Part shown: piece after piece, positions 59,149-64,000 of the stretch
Numbering within the stretch: position 1 is the first letter of the stretch
How the letters are laid out: every line of letters begins with the position of its first letter
Assembly: GCA_964016885.1 (NCBI GenBank)
Contig: OZ024740.1
Coordinates: 181,536,001-181,600,000 of the forward strand
Length of the DNA: 64,000 bases
Direction: 5' to 3'
Origin: Eledone cirrhosa
Lineage: Eukaryota
Program-made: the position numbers and the translations under genes
Notes under the pieces: generated by a model
The model's database searches: none
Told to the model about the DNA's origin: nothing
The model's input: only the letters and a program-made list of their open reading frames with translations

Positions 59149-59438
59149 TATATACAAGTATATACATACACATACATATGTACATGTGTATATACATATT
59201 TACACATTTTTGGATGGCCGTTGACTATTATGAGTTATTCCGCCCTTTGTCAGGTTTTGTTTTTTGTCCTGCAGGGTGTCCAAAATCACCCTCCTCACAA
59301 AGTAAACTTAGTGGGGTTGCTAGTTTAGACGCCGTGAACCCGACCATGCTACAGGTTGTACTGGTTTACATGTTACCAGTAGCACTCAAGAGTGTTATAT
59401 ATATATACGTATATATACATATATATATATACATATGT

Positions 59439-59543
<105 letters not shown>

Positions 59544-59580
59544 CTTAGATTAATAGAGTCCATAACACCAATCAAACCCC

Positions 59581-59640
59581 TTTTATAGCTCTGAAGAATC
59601 CTACAGTTACGTAAGGAAGAAACATTGTAAGCCAATAAAA
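59581..59640 (+). ncRNA. Minimal type I hammerhead ribozyme in an island of about 140 bp between (TA)n tracts
   Basis: ttttatagct-CTGAAGA-a tcct acagttacgta agga a-GAAA-cattg-TA-agccaataaaa. Confidence 0.65.
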
Positions 59641-59692
59641 ATGTGTTGATGTTGTAGACGCTCTTGTGTTCTTTATCAAATATATATATATA

Positions 59693-59794
<102 letters not shown>

Positions 59795-60347
59795 TTGCGA
59801 GGTGATTTATATGAAATCGTGTGTCGAAACAAATATTGTTATACTTGGGGAGGGTCATATTTGTGTAACATTGCCAGAATTAATAACAGAACTCACTCAC
59901 TGTTTGGTTGGTTTTCGCTTCTGTGTCTTTTATATCGGTAATCTAATTTATTCGGTCCTCAATGTTGCCATTGACTGACCGACGGTCAAAAATAATACAG
60001 ATACAATATAGACACAAACACATATATATAGTTAATCAAAGTTCTTTTGTTGCATATCTGCAACATCGTCAGTGGTGCTATTGTTTCCTCCCGTTACATT
60101 GTATGTCTACGCCATTTTTATTTAGTCTGTCTATATATTTATTTATTTTATTTGTTTGTTTGTTTATTTTATGTTGTCTTCTTTGCGCATGCGTTTGCGT
60201 GTGTGTATAGTGTTTGTTTGTGTGTGTTCGTGATTGTATTCTATGTATTCTATGTATTCTATCTTTACTAGTGTATGTTTATATGTTTTTGTTGTTATTG
60301 TGCTTGTGTATGTATTTATTTATTTATTTATCTATTTATTTATTTGT

Positions 60348-61860
60348 TTATACTTCTCTTAGGTCAGTGTTGTTTGTGTCGGTGTTGTTGTTATTCCATT
60401 CATTCTTTCTGTTTAGTCTTGGACTTCTAAGTTCTATTTCACTGGCCTCTCTAATTTGCCTATCTGCTGGGTCATTTCTATGTTTAGATATTATTCTAAT
60501 TTCTATGTTGTCTATGTTACCGTCGTGTTGTTGTCTGGCATGTTCGTATAGTACTGACCCGTTTTCTCGTCCTTTTAGTTCCCCCCAGTGTTGGTCTATC
60601 CTTTCACCTATGCTACGAGCTGTCTCGCCTATGTATGTTGTTGTCATGTTTCTGCAAGTACCCCCTGTACATCTTATGCTATAGACTACGTTTCTAGTTT
60701 TACAGTTTATCCTGGAGTTTACCTTACATATGATACATTTCCTATTAGTACAGTGGGTTTTCTTAAAAGGGTAGGTTTTGCTGATCAGGGATTTTATGGT
60801 GGTTCCTGGCTTTTCTACCACCTTAATCTTTAAGTGGGTCTTTCTCAGGGCCTTTCTACACTGGTTAGCTAATTTCCCACCAGGGGTAGCGTCCACAAAC
60901 ATGACACTCTTTTATCTCTGGTTGTTGTACCATGATGTGGCCTTCCCTATCTTATGTCTAGCCCTATCTAAGCTATTCCATGATTTGCTCCTGTATAATG
61001 GGCAAATTCCTTTCATGTCCAGTTCTATGAGGGTCGTATACTTCTCCATGGCTCCTTCGTATACTCTGACTCTGTCTCTTTGGTTGTAACCAGAGAACTG
61101 CATGCGGTTGATGAAGTGTTGGATGTGTCTTTCCATTTCTGTTGGGTCGCACATGCGGGACACATTCTTCATCACTCGTACCAAATTTGCGATCAGAATA
61201 TTAAACTTAGCACTACTGGACATTGCTGAGTTTTTGAGTATCAGGTATTTGTAGGCCATGGGTTTAGCATAGTGTGAGTGGAGAATTTGGGCTCTCTCAT
61301 CTATAGTTTTAATCCAGAGTTCCGTGTCTAATACAGGTAGTCTATTGTTAGGGTGTTTGGAAGGGAATTCGATAGTTACAGTTACACTCTGGTGTATGGA
61401 ATTAGCTATCTGCTGGATGCTTTCCATTGTGCTACGTTCTAAATCAAACTTGTTAGTGCTCTCTAGTGGGGATATTCTTATAACTATATTGACATCGTCT
61501 ACGTAACGAGAGTACATGATGAGGTCTTTGGAGCTCTCATTAAGGAGATCTTTAAGTCTCCTTTCCCACCATACCATGAAAAGGTTGGCAACATCACCAG
61601 CTATGCTGACGCCGATGGCTACTCGCTCAGTTTGGGTGTAGATCTTCTCGTTGAACTTGAATATGTGGCCCTTTAGGGTAGTTTTGATACTAGCCCCTAT
61701 TGCATGTGCGAACATTTTTCTTACCTGATCATTGTTTTGGGGGATCCGTATAGCTTTGGTCCACCCAATCCACCTTCCCGTGGGAGTCATTTTTGCCATT
61801 GAGGTTATGGTGGAGGGTCTACACTTATGGGTCTACTAGGGCAGAAACGTCTAAGGTCAT
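60348..61860 (-). pseudogene. PLE of a different clade (YVDD RT + Cys-rich GIY-YIG), 5'-truncated, with one in-frame TAA
   Basis: YSRYVDD, LPVLDTELW, FSGY; CIIC..NCKTRNVVYSIRC..C..YIGETARSIGERIDQH..P.LN. ORFs 60912-61799 and 60348-60902 share a frame. Confidence 0.92.
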
Positions 61861-61962
61861 GGCGTTGAAAACCACGAACTGGATTACAATAAGCAATTTC
61901 CTTCTTCCCTAACTATATATATATATATAACTATATATATATTTATTAAAATAACAGATTAA

Positions 61963-62013
61963 AGTTTAAGCAAAGAATCGCTGCTTTCACCCTTAACGGG
62001 ATCTTCTGAAACT
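61963..62013 (-). ncRNA. Hammerhead ribozyme, U4A core variant
   Basis: agttt-CAGAAGA-t ccc gttaa ggg t-GAAA-gca gcgattctt tgc-TT-aaact. Confidence 0.65.
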
Positions 62014-62941
62014 AACAAAGTCAATCTGTAAACGCAGAACTGGATATTTCAAAAAATGTTGCAACCGGAGGAAGACAGGAAGTCGATACTTTGGTTCGTG
62101 GTAACGTTCGCTGGCAAAGAACGGGAAAAAACGAATAATACGTCATTAATAGGAGCGGTGAAAAACAATTACGTGCAAAGACAGAACCACGTTTATGGTA
62201 TAAAAGAGGTCGTAGACTAATGTTCTCTTAGGTGGTGCATAGAGACGTTCTCTGGCAATGAACGAAAAAACGAAGATAATAAGTCATATGTGGAGCGTGG
62301 AGAACAATAGCACGCAAAGACAAAACCACGTAAATGGTATAGCAGAAGTTGTAGACTAAAATTCTAACTAGGAGACCAAATGAATCTCCGCTACAGAGTT
62401 AAGAACAAAGTAAATAAATACAATACAGAAGTAATAGAAACAAATAAATACATACACGCAAACAGATACGTACATACACAAGCATACGCAAAACCTTACC
62501 ATAGGTATACAAAACCACGCACATATAAATATGTGTGTCTGTGTATGCTTGTGTACAAATAAATAAATAATTATATAAACGTATATAAGTAAATAAATAC
62601 GTATATAACAAGCGCACACACATACCTACAAATAAATACACGAATGTTCGGAGACGTATGTCAACTAAAACAAGAAGTACACATATACACACACCCACCA
62701 TACGTACGAACCTGCATACTCACGCAGACGCAAAACGCCCGTATACACATAGCCAAACCCTAAATACCAGACTATGTAAAAATTATACGCCATAACAGTC
62801 AAATATACGTACTAGAAGGTATACATACCTTCACAAAACATACGGGTAATATATACTTACCTATGCAAATAAGTAAAGGAATAAACAAAACATATAATTA
62901 GCTCCCACATCAAGACGTAAAATATCCACGTATATATCGTG

Positions 62942-64000
62942 CTATCCGTTAGGGTATAACGTGGGGCTGTAATACAGGAAACTTTTGTGCAATTTATGTT
63001 TACAAGCCGAAATTGCCTCAGATTTTGTGTTTAAGATGTGGTCTGTGGCGTAGAGTATTTCCAGGGCCTCAGCGGCGCAGAGGTCACATGGGCTTTTATT
63101 TCCGTTATACGATCTAGCCCTAACTAGGATCTCCCAGTGTAACTTATATTGGGTGTGGTTGTCTTTTAGACTCCAGATATAAGCTGAAAGTGACGTCATA
63201 TTCCTTCTTAGAGGGTAACGAAAAGAATGGGTATGCATGTAAAGACGCTGCTTGAAACTATTGGCGGTTAACCCTATGTAGGCCCTACGGGACGTGGGTG
63301 TTACAACCTTACATTTGTAGACAATGTTACTAGAGAGGCATTTCCCGGATAGGGGACAATCAGCCCGATTCCTACAATTACAGTTAGTACTAACTACAGG
63401 GTTGCACGTGTTCCTACGGCTAGGTAGCTTAGCTAAATTTGAAGCTGTGATGTTATGTGCAAGGTTAGGAGTCGTAGAGTAAGAAATTTTAATAGTATTT
63501 CTATTAAAAATGTTACTATATTTATGTGTAGGGGGAAAATTCTTCGTAATAAGGGAAAGAAAGATCTTAGCTAATGGTGTGGCCTCCTCCATATTATATG
63601 GTGGGTTAAACCAACAAATGCAACGGGATCTATTTCTTCTAGGTCTATTTTCGTACTCTGTATATGCTACCTTATCGACAAATCCACTTCGAGCAAGAGC
63701 TTCATTGTAATAAGTGGAATGGTCGTTGAAAATGCGCTCGTTGGTGGAAAGACGGGAAAGCCTCAACGAAACGTTTTTTACCAGGTTCTTGATTACGCTG
63801 GCAGGATGGTTGGAATGCTTACTTATGTAATTAAGCGTGTCATTCGGCTTTCTATACGGGTAATACAACCCATTCAATAAATTGAGTGTAACGTCGAGGT
63901 AATTAACGACCGAGAGATTGGCCTCAACCTGTATAGAGAGGTTGATGCCTTTAAAGAAGGCTGTGAGTTCTTTTCTGAACCTGTCGCAAGCACGAGGTCC
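62942..64000 (-). CDS. PLE RT C-terminus + GIY-YIG endonuclease, uninterrupted up to the window edge
   Basis: The frame stays open upstream of the listed ORF (GPRACDRFRKEL...NYLDVTLNL). Motifs SNHP, WFNPPY, CNCRNRADCPLSGKCL, AYIGLT, CDLC, CKH. Confidence 0.88.
   Translation of the reverse strand, partial: GPRACDRFRKELTAFFKGINLSIQVEANLSVVNYLDVTLNLLNGLYYPYRKPNDTLNYISKHSNHPASVIKNLVKNVSLRLSRLSTNERIFNDHSTYYNEALARSGFVDKVAYTEYENRPRRNRSRCICWFNPPYNMEEATPLAKIFLSLITKNFPPTHKYSNIFNRNTIKISYSTTPNLAHNITASNLAKLPSRRNTCNPVVSTNCNCRNRADCPLSGKCLSSNIVYKCKVVTPTSRRAYIGLTANSFKQRLYMHTHSFRYPLRRNMTSLSAYIWSLKDNHTQYKLHWEILVRARSYNGNKSPCDLCAAEALEILYATDHILNTKSEAISACKHKLHKSFLYYSPTLYPNG

Larger units (their letters stand above)
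61940..64000 (-). mobile_element. PLE (Naiad-like) running off the window end, with a 3' region of about 1 kb ending in (TA)n
   Basis: ORF 62942-64000 plus a 3' tail containing the HHR. Confidence 0.92.

Noticed and set aside
60912-60914. Single in-frame stop between the RT and GIY-YIG ORFs (possible read-through)
   Set aside because: It is TAA at a probable Tyr codon in a 5'-truncated copy, so an ordinary nonsense mutation is more likely.

Overview
This is very AT-rich, microsatellite-dense eukaryotic non-genic DNA. The dominant tRNA-derived SINE and the (TA)n/(CA)n load point to a coleoid cephalopod, probably Octopus (inference). I can support no host protein-coding gene; most listed ORFs are microsatellite translations. 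The window is a nest of retroelements: at least 8 Penelope-like element (PLE; RT + GIY-YIG) copies or remnants, mostly of the YRDD / CNCR..CPL..CxxC..CxH (Naiad-like) type, three to four R4/Dong-like RLE LINE pieces in (TAA)n, RTE LINE pieces, and about 15 SINE copies. The main hidden layer is RNA-structural. There are about 13 fold-back (inverted-repeat) elements with arms from 24 bp to about 2.2 kb, most set in (TA)n, and more than 15 type I hammerhead ribozyme (HHR) motifs from about 8 sequence families. Three items stand out: (i) a non-coding, highly structured 466-nt tandem unit with a perfect HHR, whose inverted copy stops at the predicted cleavage site (retrozyme/circular-RNA candidate, 53712-54611); (ii) two unrelated families with a compensatory U3-A8 core (UUGANAA); (iii) a PLE family with a conserved U4A core (CAGAAGA). 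Coordinates were read by eye and identities are estimates.
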